From positions 96,001 through 160,000 of IMG/VR virus record IMGVR_UViG_3300028549_000507: a stretch of 64,000 bases of DNA, one strand, 5' to 3'. The DNA is from a virus. Its lineage: Duplodnaviria; Caudoviricetes. The translations under genes were made by a program, and so were the position numbers. Shown here piece after piece: positions 49,863 to 59,616 of this stretch (the first letter of the stretch is position 1; every line of letters starts with the position of its first letter). The notes below the pieces were generated by a model. The model saw nothing but the letters and a program-made list of their open reading frames with translations, ran no database searches and had not been told where the DNA came from.

Positions 49863-52800
49863 ATGAGTCATAAAATATCACAAGAAGTTTACTTTGGAGA
49901 AAAACACCCATTTAGCCAAGGGATGTTGATCGCTGTAAGAGATCTAAGAAATGCGGTTGTATCTAGTATTGGTGCGGAATGGTCTGAAACTGATAAGCGT
50001 TCCAATATTAAAACTGCAAATGATATGTGTAATAATATTGATGGATTTGCCAAAGTTAAAGAATGTTTGTTAGCTATGGAATTGTTAATTGCAAAGCATT
50101 GTAATGTGGAGCGTGTATATGTAGGACTTTCGTCCGACTTTAATGCATATACATACCCTCCACTATATTATGATGATGCAATTCTCGATGAAGCATTCCC
50201 CAGATCTAAAATGGTAACGAAGAGTCCTGAGGAGTTGGATAAATTCTATAATGATATCGACTCTATTATTCTTGATAGAGCAAATGGGTATAGATTCAAG
50301 AGTAGTAAAAATAAAGTTATGATAATAAATATCGGACTAAATTTATTACTACCTACTCAATACTCAAAATTCAATTTCAGACAAGTGAATATGACTGATG
50401 AGGATGTTTGTTCTATAATATTCCATGAGATTGGACATAACTTCCAACACATCCTTGGCGGATGTAAGAGAATGATTGCCAATTATGATATGAGAATGGC
50501 CATAGCTCTTTCAGATGTGTTAGGTATGCTATTTTTTCCAGGTTGGTCATTTTTAACATATGCAATAATTAATATATTCCTTTCAGATACTATTGGAGTT
50601 ATCAAAGGTGGCGATAAGGGTGCCGCTAGAGATCATATTACAAAAATACTAAAAGCTCATCTAAATACAACTGTTAATGGTGAGAAAGTTAATCGCGATG
50701 TTTTGGGTAAAGCTATAACAAAGGATATTCTTGGAGTCATCCAAAGATATAACTCTGAACAGAAGCCGATACCTCAGTTTATAGGCGCGGTAGTTGGTCT
50801 ACTTATCAGAGGACTTATAATGTGGTGGACCACAACAATGATCATGGGTAAGAAGTTACTTATACCATTCATTGTAACTGATACTCTCGTTAATGGTATT
50901 ATTGCCGATTTGATTGGTACAAGTAAATATGTTGATAAATATAAGCAATACGAACAGTTCGCAGATGCATTTGCCCTTGCATACGGATTCCCTTTCCCTA
51001 AGAATTTCACAAAAGCAATACTTAATCTACGAGCTGGCGGTGATGTAACATCTGACTATCTTCCGATATTCAAGTGGGTACCGATTTTAGGCGATCTATC
51101 AATGGTTACAAGTGATGCGTATAATGAAAGAATGATAAATATCGGAGGATATGATACTGACATTGATAGATTCCAAAATAGTCACAGATTATTGTTGAAA
51201 GAATTGGAAAAGAATAATATCCCTAAAGAATTAAGAGATGAAATCTTAGTTAAAATTGAGAAGCTTGAAAAAGAAAATGATCAATTAATGAAAGATAATG
51301 AAAATTCAAAAGGATTGATCTTTACAAATTTCATCTATAAATTGATATCAAGAAACCACACTAATAATATCGACAAAGTTGGCGAACGAACAGATATCGA
51401 TAGATTATTTGATCAGGTTGAAGGGTATGCGAATACAAATGATATAAATTCTGCTATAAATACTAATGATGGTATAAAACAGTATACAACTATTAGTAAA
51501 CTTATAGCCGGATCATTCAATAAACTCGGTGACTTTATGAAAAAACTTCCAAAGTTTAAAGATCTCGAGTTTGTAAATAAGTTCGATTTACAACCGGTAG
51601 GGGGTACAAGTTTTGAAAATGAACTTACCAGCATGATGGGAATTGAATCTGATAATGCGTCATTTGGCGAAAGAATTGTTAAATCTTTGGAATCCGGCGA
51701 TAGTAATCCGTCATATTCCGAAGAAGCTTATTTCGGTTCAACCCACCCATTCAGTCAACAGATGATTAATCATGTTAAGAATCTTAGAGAAGAACTTCGT
51801 AAACTTCTTGGAGCTAGTTGGAAAGATGTAAATAAGAGAAATCTTATCATCCGTAAAACTCTAGAACCTAAGGATAATATTACAGATCTTCAAAAGATAC
51901 TTGAAAATATGGGTAAGTGTATTGCATTCCATTGTAATATCGAGAATGCTCATATAGGATTATTCCCTGAGTTGAATGCTTATACGATTCCTTTATCTTG
52001 GGATAGTTCTATACTATTTAAAGATATGAGTAAAGGAGTATATAAGAAAGCTGGTATGTATTATATCAATGAAAGAGAGTTAAGAACCAATTCTGATATA
52101 GAGTCGCAACTTATAAAACTTGATGATATCGTTCTTAATAAAGATGGTTGGAAGTTTAGAAATAAAGATGGTAAAGTATTCATAATTTCATTAGGAATAC
52201 CATTACTTCTTGACGATAACTTCGAAACAAGTGATGAAGATGTTTGTTCTGTAATATTTCACGAAATAGGACATAACTTCCAGCAGATTCTCCATGGAAC
52301 TAACCAAATGTTTATCGATTATTATATAAGAAGTTGTATACAATTCTTATATAGTGGACCATTCATAAGTATACTTATGTATTTTGATAATCTTATTGTT
52401 GGAGAAATTCTTAAGTCAGTAGTTGATGGGAGTGGTAAGAGTAGCAATATACGGTATGATATTATAAGAGAAATGCTTATGGGAAATATAACCGTAAATC
52501 GTGATGGAACTATTACTACCAGAGATGATATCGGTAATGAGATGAAGGATTATCTGTATAAGGTGATTAAGTATGCTCGTGAACATGGTGCATTTGAAAA
52601 GCTTCATGCTATATTTAAAGTTGGTAGATTCATATTTACTAATATAAGTAGAGTTATTGAAATTGGAATGGCACCTCTTACAGGTATTGCTAATACACTA
52701 TATAGAAATGGTTTCAATTCTAAATATGAAACTCTCATAAAAGATAATAAGAAGTATGAACAGTTTGCGGATATGTTTGCTGTTTCATATGGATTTGGTT

Positions 52801-53417
52801 CAAGTAGTGCTAAACTATATCTAAATACTAGTAAATTCATTGGAGAAGAGTATCCTAGCGTAGCTATTGAACCTCTTAATCATATTCCGATCTTATCAGT
52901 TATTGTTGCTGAAAATCGGTTGAGAAACTTGAAGATGATGTACAATGTAAACGGATATGATGAACACTATGTGAGAATTGCTCAAGCACATAGAGCATTA
53001 GAATATGAGCTAAAGAATAACAAAGGTATCACTTCTAAACAAAGAAGTGAAATCGAAGAGCATATGAAAATAATAAAATCCGACTACGATGAATATCGTA
53101 AACTCGAGATGGAAAACTTTAGAGGCAAAGGAAGTCTTTCTAAACGACTAATGGACAAATTCCGGTCAGGGGATATTACATCGGTTGCAGATGAAAGTGG
53201 GATTGTCGATCAAGTTTTGGAAGTAATCAAAAACTATGAGGAGAATGGTAACAAAGTTGTCGGACCTAAAATTGTAGAAGATTTTAAATCGGTGAACGGT
53301 TTATCTAAATTTAAGGAAAGAATGACATCAATGTTGTCTAAAAATATCTCAGAGTTGAATGATAAATTCAAAATAAAGTTACCATTCTCAAAGAATGAAT
53401 CGGATTTATTACTATAA
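49863..53417 (+). CDS. Tandem-duplicated HExxH zinc metallopeptidase-like protein
   Basis: Two copies of (S)IIFHEIGHNFQ and YEQFAD.FA..YGF; both halves begin E.YFG..HPFSQ.M. Confidence 0.8.
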   Translation: MSHKISQEVYFGEKHPFSQGMLIAVRDLRNAVVSSIGAEWSETDKRSNIKTANDMCNNIDGFAKVKECLLAMELLIAKHCNVERVYVGLSSDFNAYTYPPLYYDDAILDEAFPRSKMVTKSPEELDKFYNDIDSIILDRANGYRFKSSKNKVMIINIGLNLLLPTQYSKFNFRQVNMTDEDVCSIIFHEIGHNFQHILGGCKRMIANYDMRMAIALSDVLGMLFFPGWSFLTYAIINIFLSDTIGVIKGGDKGAARDHITKILKAHLNTTVNGEKVNRDVLGKAITKDILGVIQRYNSEQKPIPQFIGAVVGLLIRGLIMWWTTTMIMGKKLLIPFIVTDTLVNGIIADLIGTSKYVDKYKQYEQFADAFALAYGFPFPKNFTKAILNLRAGGDVTSDYLPIFKWVPILGDLSMVTSDAYNERMINIGGYDTDIDRFQNSHRLLLKELEKNNIPKELRDEILVKIEKLEKENDQLMKDNENSKGLIFTNFIYKLISRNHTNNIDKVGERTDIDRLFDQVEGYANTNDINSAINTNDGIKQYTTISKLIAGSFNKLGDFMKKLPKFKDLEFVNKFDLQPVGGTSFENELTSMMGIESDNASFGERIVKSLESGDSNPSYSEEAYFGSTHPFSQQMINHVKNLREELRKLLGASWKDVNKRNLIIRKTLEPKDNITDLQKILENMGKCIAFHCNIENAHIGLFPELNAYTIPLSWDSSILFKDMSKGVYKKAGMYYINERELRTNSDIESQLIKLDDIVLNKDGWKFRNKDGKVFIISLGIPLLLDDNFETSDEDVCSVIFHEIGHNFQQILHGTNQMFIDYYIRSCIQFLYSGPFISILMYFDNLIVGEILKSVVDGSGKSSNIRYDIIREMLMGNITVNRDGTITTRDDIGNEMKDYLYKVIKYAREHGAFEKLHAIFKVGRFIFTNISRVIEIGMAPLTGIANTLYRNGFNSKYETLIKDNKKYEQFADMFAVSYGFGSSSAKLYLNTSKFIGEEYPSVAIEPLNHIPILSVIVAENRLRNLKMMYNVNGYDEHYVRIAQAHRALEYELKNNKGITSKQRSEIEEHMKIIKSDYDEYRKLEMENFRGKGSLSKRLMDKFRSGDITSVADESGIVDQVLEVIKNYEENGNKVVGPKIVEDFKSVNGLSKFKERMTSMLSKNISELNDKFKIKLPFSKNESDLLL

Positions 53418-53432
53418 GATTTTATTATTTTA

Positions 53433-53460
53433 AATAAGAGGGGATTACTCCCCTCTTATT
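53433..53460. terminator. Bidirectional terminator
   Basis: aataagagggga-ttac-tcccctcttatt between convergent genes. Confidence 0.85.
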
Positions 53461-53463
53461 AAT

Positions 53464-55953
53464 TTATACTATTGGAGCTTCTTCAACAACTCTACCATAC
53501 AATATTACATCAGTATCTCGTTTACCAGAAGATCCTCTAGTACCTTGAAGAGGACTAGTTATCTTCTTAAAATTCTTAAAGTCTGCACATATAGGGTTAA
53601 CTATAATAGAATCAACCTTAAATGTACTAGAATTACTACCATTAGAAAATATCTTCATAGAAATATTTTTACCATAATCTTCATATACACCACTATTTAT
53701 AGCAGATCTATTGATAGAATGAGTTCCTTCTGTTTTAAATTCCGAAGGCCCATCTACATTATCAGTGTTGAAAGTTAAACCACTTCCACCCTTTAAAGTA
53801 AATGTATTATCCATTCTTGGTATATTTTTAAGAGTCATAGTTGTAATCCTATCACACATCATAACTGTATCACTGGCGCTGAATTTACCGGATATATCAT
53901 GGATATCAAGTATACCAGATGCTATATTATTATATCTAAAGATCGCTTGTGATATACTATGGATTGTTAAACTCTTACCAAATACAGTACCATTTATAAA
54001 CTCGGCTACAGTATTCTTCGATGTTTTAGAACTAATCTCCATAGAACCAGTATCAAATGAAGAATCTTCAAACATAAATTTAGAATCATCTAACATATCA
54101 CAAACGAATGACTCACTAACAACTTCAGTATCTTTCATTTTAACACTTGTACTACAGATAACCGTAAGACTATCGGAACACTTTATAGACGATTTAGCAG
54201 TACTAACTTCCCCTGCATCTAATATCAATTTCTTAGATGTAATTTTGGAATCAGCACTAATATCTATAATGTTTGGACGTTTTGCCATAGTTTTATATAA
54301 TGTATCTATATCAATAGTTGATCCAGATATATTAAAAGTTCCAAGATCCCCACCAGAATTGACCAATGTACCACATTTAATATTACAATCGGAAAGCTCA
54401 ACCTCAGCCAGATCATTGAGATCTAATATGTTGAGGAATGTACCATTTCCAGTATAATTAAACTTCTTAAAAGTTAGATCGCTGAATTTCGTAACCATTA
54501 CAAATTTAGGATTATCAGAAGTAACAGATCCTTCAGTTAAAGTAACTGTTTTACACAGGTCAATCTTTAAAGGTATTCCTTTAACACCTGCGGATGAACT
54601 AAATTTAGTAATATCAACTTCCTCAAATCCTGCAAGTGAGAATTTTGCTCCATCATCTTTACCATTATAGTTCAATGTCACATCACTAAGATCAATCTTT
54701 GATAGATTTTCTATAGCACTAGATATCATGACTTTGAAATCGGAATCAATATACATTCTATCAACTTTAAGATCTTCACCTTTAACATCTATAGATAGAG
54801 TTCCATTATCTATGCTAGATTTGAATCTAGTATTCTCAATGGAGAACTTACCCGTAACGGTTATCTTATTATTCGCAACTTTTACACTACAATCTTTAAA
54901 GAGTAACTCATCAAAATTAGATACAGGAGGAAGGTTTATCATCATGAATCTATTTTTTATATGTACTTTCTTAAATCGTTTTATAAATTTCTCAAATATT
55001 GGAAGAGATACTTCACAATCTAATATATCGATCTTATTGTCAGGTTTATCTATATGATTTTCAATTATAACTTTTTCAAATTTATAATCTTTTAATCTAA
55101 TATCCTTAGTAAGTATCTTTAAACCGGCTTCCATACACCCAACCATAGGTAAAATATACCGTATAAATGGAGTTTTCTCAGCGTATACTTCTGATAAGAA
55201 GTTTTTAGTATAATGATTATTAGGGAGTTCGTAATCATAATCTTTATCTAATACGACTTTATCATTAACAAAGTATCCATCGGAAAATGATAAGAAAGTT
55301 ATAACTCCACCAGTAGTAGGATCTGTATCCGGTATATTATACTCAATTCTAGTTATAGTTGGTGGAATTGTACTTGAATCAGTTGTAACCTGTTCAGTCT
55401 TTTTGCTAGTCTGAAATTCCATACGAGTATCCATATGGCTCTCTCGCAATTTATAATCTTTACTTATAGTAATTCTATCCAAAGCTACAGGTGTTGATTT
55501 ATATAATAATTTTGGATTACCAATTTTTCTAAAACTTTGTACCTTTTTAGCAATTAGAGTATAAGTTCTATCTTTCTTTCCTTCTTTATACAATGACATA
55601 GAAGGAACGCTCGGTATACTATCATCGACTCTACCACCGATTCCATCATTATATTCATCATTCGAATTATACGTTGTGGAGTTATCTACAGCAATATTAG
55701 TATATACTGAGTTTGGTGGTTTTGAATATATATCATCCGACGTTTTACCAAAGAATCGTCTACCACCAGGACCAGTCCCTATCTCCCTAGGAATCTCTTC
55801 AGTTTTAACTATAAGAGTCTTTGTTTCTTTTCTCTTATCAAAGTCGAGGATAGTACCTTCGGCATCTGCAAGATGGATGGCGAAGCATATAAATTTCTCT
55901 ACTTTAAATTGTTGAGAATCGAAGTTGTTAAGTTCAACTACTTCTTCTGCCAT
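53464..55953 (-). CDS. Hypothetical protein with beta-helix-like C-terminal two-thirds
   Basis: 829 aa; repetitive short beta-strand pattern rich in S/D/K/I/T. Confidence 0.6.
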   Translation of the reverse strand: MAEEVVELNNFDSQQFKVEKFICFAIHLADAEGTILDFDKRKETKTLIVKTEEIPREIGTGPGGRRFFGKTSDDIYSKPPNSVYTNIAVDNSTTYNSNDEYNDGIGGRVDDSIPSVPSMSLYKEGKKDRTYTLIAKKVQSFRKIGNPKLLYKSTPVALDRITISKDYKLRESHMDTRMEFQTSKKTEQVTTDSSTIPPTITRIEYNIPDTDPTTGGVITFLSFSDGYFVNDKVVLDKDYDYELPNNHYTKNFLSEVYAEKTPFIRYILPMVGCMEAGLKILTKDIRLKDYKFEKVIIENHIDKPDNKIDILDCEVSLPIFEKFIKRFKKVHIKNRFMMINLPPVSNFDELLFKDCSVKVANNKITVTGKFSIENTRFKSSIDNGTLSIDVKGEDLKVDRMYIDSDFKVMISSAIENLSKIDLSDVTLNYNGKDDGAKFSLAGFEEVDITKFSSSAGVKGIPLKIDLCKTVTLTEGSVTSDNPKFVMVTKFSDLTFKKFNYTGNGTFLNILDLNDLAEVELSDCNIKCGTLVNSGGDLGTFNISGSTIDIDTLYKTMAKRPNIIDISADSKITSKKLILDAGEVSTAKSSIKCSDSLTVICSTSVKMKDTEVVSESFVCDMLDDSKFMFEDSSFDTGSMEISSKTSKNTVAEFINGTVFGKSLTIHSISQAIFRYNNIASGILDIHDISGKFSASDTVMMCDRITTMTLKNIPRMDNTFTLKGGSGLTFNTDNVDGPSEFKTEGTHSINRSAINSGVYEDYGKNISMKIFSNGSNSSTFKVDSIIVNPICADFKNFKKITSPLQGTRGSSGKRDTDVILYGRVVEEAPIV

Positions 55954-55954
55954 T

Positions 55955-56638
55955 TTAACCTACATAAGCTTTAATTTCTAACCCTCTGTTATCAATAGGA
56001 ACACCATTCTCAACACGATTGAATCGCATTTGTTCAGGTATTCTTTCAACATTGTACCCTTCGATTTTATTACCACTAGAATCTAATGCAACCATAGTTG
56101 AATTAGAATCATCATATCTATAGTTTACTCCACCAAAATCATATTTCATATTAGTTTCATTACTATTAACCTTCAAGTTCCCAGTAGTCATCTCAGACTT
56201 CAATCGATTTTTAAGTTCTTCCGAACCATCAGATACAATAGTACCTCTAACATCATTTGCTCTATTAACTTTTCTATCCTCAAAAGATTGTTTCTGAATA
56301 GTCTCTGTAAGTTGGCGCATAAGCATTGCAGTAGAGTTAACATCTTCATCACCCTTATCAATACGCTCTTTCTTAAGTTTCAATTCTTCAACTTTCATAC
56401 GAGCATTAAACGCATGACTTGTAGCCATAATCGCATCCCCACGGATACTACTCATAGATTTCGCAGCTTCAGAAATATCCCGCAATCCGCCTGATATAGT
56501 GATACTCTGTTTAGCTTTGGATATAACTACATCAACGATACTTTTTACATTATCATATAACTCTTGAGCCTGTCTATCGTGCTCTTTAAAGCGTCTAATA
56601 CCTTCTTCAAAATCGTCAAAAGCTTCTTCATTAGTCAT
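55955..56638 (-). CDS. Hypothetical protein (helical/coiled-coil N-terminal part)
   Basis: 227 aa ORF with promoter AACA tttcat TG at 56679-56668. Confidence 0.7.
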   Translation of the reverse strand: MTNEEAFDDFEEGIRRFKEHDRQAQELYDNVKSIVDVVISKAKQSITISGGLRDISEAAKSMSSIRGDAIMATSHAFNARMKVEELKLKKERIDKGDEDVNSTAMLMRQLTETIQKQSFEDRKVNRANDVRGTIVSDGSEELKNRLKSEMTTGNLKVNSNETNMKYDFGGVNYRYDDSNSTMVALDSSGNKIEGYNVERIPEQMRFNRVENGVPIDNRGLEIKAYVG

Positions 56639-56704
56639 ATTTATTTCCTTATTGATTGTTTATATACCAATGAAATGTTTCCATCAAACTTAAATATAAA
56701 AAAA

Positions 56705-56726
56705 AAAGAGGGATTGCTCCCTCTTT
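56705..56726 (-). terminator. Intrinsic terminator
   Basis: aaagaggga-ttgc-tccctcttt with a long U tract on minus. Confidence 0.8.
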
Positions 56727-58244
56727 CTAATCATCTAACGATATGATCTTATTGAAACCAAGTGTATCTGGATCAATGTCACAGTTCGGTAGAATATTAA
56801 GAGTTACGCCAGGGCTATTTACGGAAGTACTGATTAGATCAGTTCTACCTGTCATAGAGTGGTGTAATCTTTTAAATTCTCTTGGAAGGAAACTCGATTT
56901 CCCACTACCTGGAGCTCCGGGTCCAATCTGAGTAGTCTTGGTTATAGCATGCATTAGACTCAAGTCATTCACATTACTTGTAAACTTACCAATATTTAAT
57001 CCAGATGTTTTACCATTGATGGCATCCAATATAATGGAAGGACTAGGTCTAAACACATTCTCTAAAGCTTTGATATCTTTGTAACTACCACGAATCTTAG
57101 TAAAACGATTAGCTTTATTTTTCAATTCACTCTTGAGAGGTTCGATAATATACTCGGATAATCTAAGTCGTTTGTTTACAAGAGATACATCTTTGGATAC
57201 GTTAGTTGAATAATTGAAAAACATCCAACGAACTACGTCATATGTACTATTGATATTTTCTTTACCAATAAACGATTTAATAATGTCACTAGTTCTAGGA
57301 TCTAGCGCACTCATAAATGTAAAACGTATGCCAGCACCTTTAGTTAAACAATTAGTTTTATCCAACATAAATCCGAGATTATAAATCCAAAAGTTTACGT
57401 CAGAAATATTTGTTTCATTAATAGTACGTTTATCCATAAGGAGTATTGTAGCAACAAGATCTCGAGTATGAACACTATTTTCAAAAATATATTTTCTAAC
57501 AAGGATATACAGAGATCCAAATTTGAAGAATAGATAATCATTGTATATAACATCATCCGGTTCCGGTAATTCTGTAATCACTCTGAGATATAATCCGAAG
57601 TATTTCATTGTGGTATGAAATCCAAAGGTTGCAAAATAGAATAATAGGAATGGTACATTCTTTAATTTAGAGTGAAGTTTTATAACGAATGAATTCACAT
57701 TATAAACAACTCCCTTTACATCGCGAATAGTACTCTTGTATCGTTGCATTTGAATAGGCTGGGTTGCAGTTCTGAGGATAACCTCATCATACTTACCCTT
57801 CGGATCAGTTCTATTAAATGTAACAGCGTCAACCATTTGGAATGGCACACAATATTTATTACCCTTAATAAGATAATTTACACCGTCATCGGAAATCAAT
57901 GGAATGTATATAAGCATATCTACTTTACTTATAGATCCATCATAACTTAGTTTAAATTTAAACTTATAAGCTCTAGAATAAGTTTCTTCAGTGGAATAAA
58001 TTTGACCATTGAATGATTTCTTAAATTTAGATTTAGCCTTATTCATTTCTCTAATTTGATTGAGATTATCGCTTGGTTCAAAGCCATCATATACGACATG
58101 ATCTCTAAGTTTCTTAGCAATTTCCTTACACAAATCGTCAACAAATTCGACCATATTGATATCCATATTTCGTCTAGCATTAACTAGATTCATATTAACC
58201 AACCGTTCTATGGTGTCGGAATAATATGCAACAAAATCGACCAT
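56727..58244 (-). CDS. RNA polymerase beta subunit, N-terminal half (non-virion; phiKZ gp123/AR9 gp105-like)
   Basis: YLIKGNKY, KRLRLSEYI, TTQIGPG, LHHSMTGRTDLISTSVNSPG; 505 aa. Confidence 0.85.
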   Translation of the reverse strand: MVDFVAYYSDTIERLVNMNLVNARRNMDINMVEFVDDLCKEIAKKLRDHVVYDGFEPSDNLNQIREMNKAKSKFKKSFNGQIYSTEETYSRAYKFKFKLSYDGSISKVDMLIYIPLISDDGVNYLIKGNKYCVPFQMVDAVTFNRTDPKGKYDEVILRTATQPIQMQRYKSTIRDVKGVVYNVNSFVIKLHSKLKNVPFLLFYFATFGFHTTMKYFGLYLRVITELPEPDDVIYNDYLFFKFGSLYILVRKYIFENSVHTRDLVATILLMDKRTINETNISDVNFWIYNLGFMLDKTNCLTKGAGIRFTFMSALDPRTSDIIKSFIGKENINSTYDVVRWMFFNYSTNVSKDVSLVNKRLRLSEYIIEPLKSELKNKANRFTKIRGSYKDIKALENVFRPSPSIILDAINGKTSGLNIGKFTSNVNDLSLMHAITKTTQIGPGAPGSGKSSFLPREFKRLHHSMTGRTDLISTSVNSPGVTLNILPNCDIDPDTLGFNKIISLDD

Positions 58245-58284
58245 CTGAAACTCCCTTATTTACAGACATTACTACTCTTGCTAT

Positions 58285-58329
58285 TATATATATTTGAAAA
58301 ATAAATTTGAAAATATACATTAACTTGTT
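58285..58329 (-). promoter_or_regulatory. Tandem early-type and AACA-type promoters of beta-N
   Basis: tatatatatttgaaa 58285-58299; AACA agttaa TG 58329-58318. Confidence 0.6.
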
Positions 58330-58343
58330 TCATGTTAAATAAA

Positions 58344-58376
58344 ATATAATGGTAGGAATTACTCCTACCATTATAT
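58344..58376. terminator. Intrinsic terminator
   Basis: atataatggtagga / tcctaccattatat stem. Confidence 0.75.
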
Positions 58377-58384
58377 AAATATAA

Positions 58385-59605
58385 TTAACCACCGGCAGTA
58401 ATATCACTTATCAATTTACTCTTAAGTTGAGCATAAGTTATAGCTCCTCTATCATTTCCATTCTTACAATAAATTATAGTATTATCATTTATAGTTAAAG
58501 AATTTCCATTTCCAAGAATTTTATCTCTAACGGTAATAAATGATACATTTTTAATATCTGTAGCATTTGAACCTTCTCCACTACCGGTTGAGTAGAACAA
58601 TATGCTATCGCCATCATTAATATTGTTTTCCGAATTAGAAGAATTTATAGAGTATTTCTCATCGACCTTCTCCATAATATTTGCAGAAATCAATGACATA
58701 GTCACAGTTCCTTCTTCACAATAGAAATTAGCAGAATCAAGTTCTATGGCCTGCAATACTGTTGTATTCAATATTGATGATTTAAGATCTGGTCCATGGA
58801 TAGCACCGTATTTTCCAGGAAGAGCACTAGATTTAAATAGGATAAAATCATCTGCGGGATTAAATTTATCAACACCGAGAGTAAACTCTGGAATGGTAAT
58901 GCTCTCCAATACGAAATCGGCAATATCACCAATAGTAGCCCAACCATCTCCAAGACTATCCTTAGAATATATTGAAAGACTATCAGTAACTCTATTAGAT
59001 TCTATACCAATATTTGATACAATACTCTCAGACAGTTTTGCAAAAGAAACCTTACCAGCAGAAGAGTTTCCTCTAGTAATAGTAATATTATCTATCAGTT
59101 CCAGCTCTTCATATACTTGATTTCCAAACAGCGAACTTCTAAATACACTATAATCGATCTTAGAATTTTCACCCGCAACAATGAGTCTAACAGAAGTTTC
59201 ATCAAGATTATCAAGAGATAATACTTCAGCATCACCTTTGATTATAAACTTAGATATATTTTCTAAGGTTACAAATCCTCTAGCAGTACCTTTAATAGCT
59301 CTGATTTTTATCTCTTTAACAACGTCCGTAAAGTCAGTCTTTCCAAGCAAATATTCATCAATTGCTGCAACGGTAAATTGTTTGTTAAAACTAGCGTTAG
59401 AATTTCTCATAGAAAATACGAGATCAGGTTTTATTTCCTGAGTAGTACCCATATCTGTTCCGAGAATTTTATTCATTAAAGTGCCAAATTTTAAACGTCT
59501 ATCACCATTTAAACCGCCAGCAATAGGTTCTATAGCATAAAATAATACATCAGAATTCAACTTATCAAGTTGCATTTCTGTAAAATTTACAACATCATTA
59601 CTCAT
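58385..59605 (-). CDS. Repeat-containing protein, probable tail fibre component
   Basis: About 8 degenerate 35-45 aa repeats of type DD.ILF.....G.I...L...I. Confidence 0.55.
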   Translation of the reverse strand: MSNDVVNFTEMQLDKLNSDVLFYAIEPIAGGLNGDRRLKFGTLMNKILGTDMGTTQEIKPDLVFSMRNSNASFNKQFTVAAIDEYLLGKTDFTDVVKEIKIRAIKGTARGFVTLENISKFIIKGDAEVLSLDNLDETSVRLIVAGENSKIDYSVFRSSLFGNQVYEELELIDNITITRGNSSAGKVSFAKLSESIVSNIGIESNRVTDSLSIYSKDSLGDGWATIGDIADFVLESITIPEFTLGVDKFNPADDFILFKSSALPGKYGAIHGPDLKSSILNTTVLQAIELDSANFYCEEGTVTMSLISANIMEKVDEKYSINSSNSENNINDGDSILFYSTGSGEGSNATDIKNVSFITVRDKILGNGNSLTINDNTIIYCKNGNDRGAITYAQLKSKLISDITAGG

Positions 59606-59616
59606 ATCATTTCTCC

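Noticed and set aside
11055-58244. Introns or inteins in RNAP, DNA polymerase, gyrA or uvsX genes
   Set aside because: The ORFs are continuous, of the expected size, and show no intein or LAGLIDADG/HNH insertion motifs
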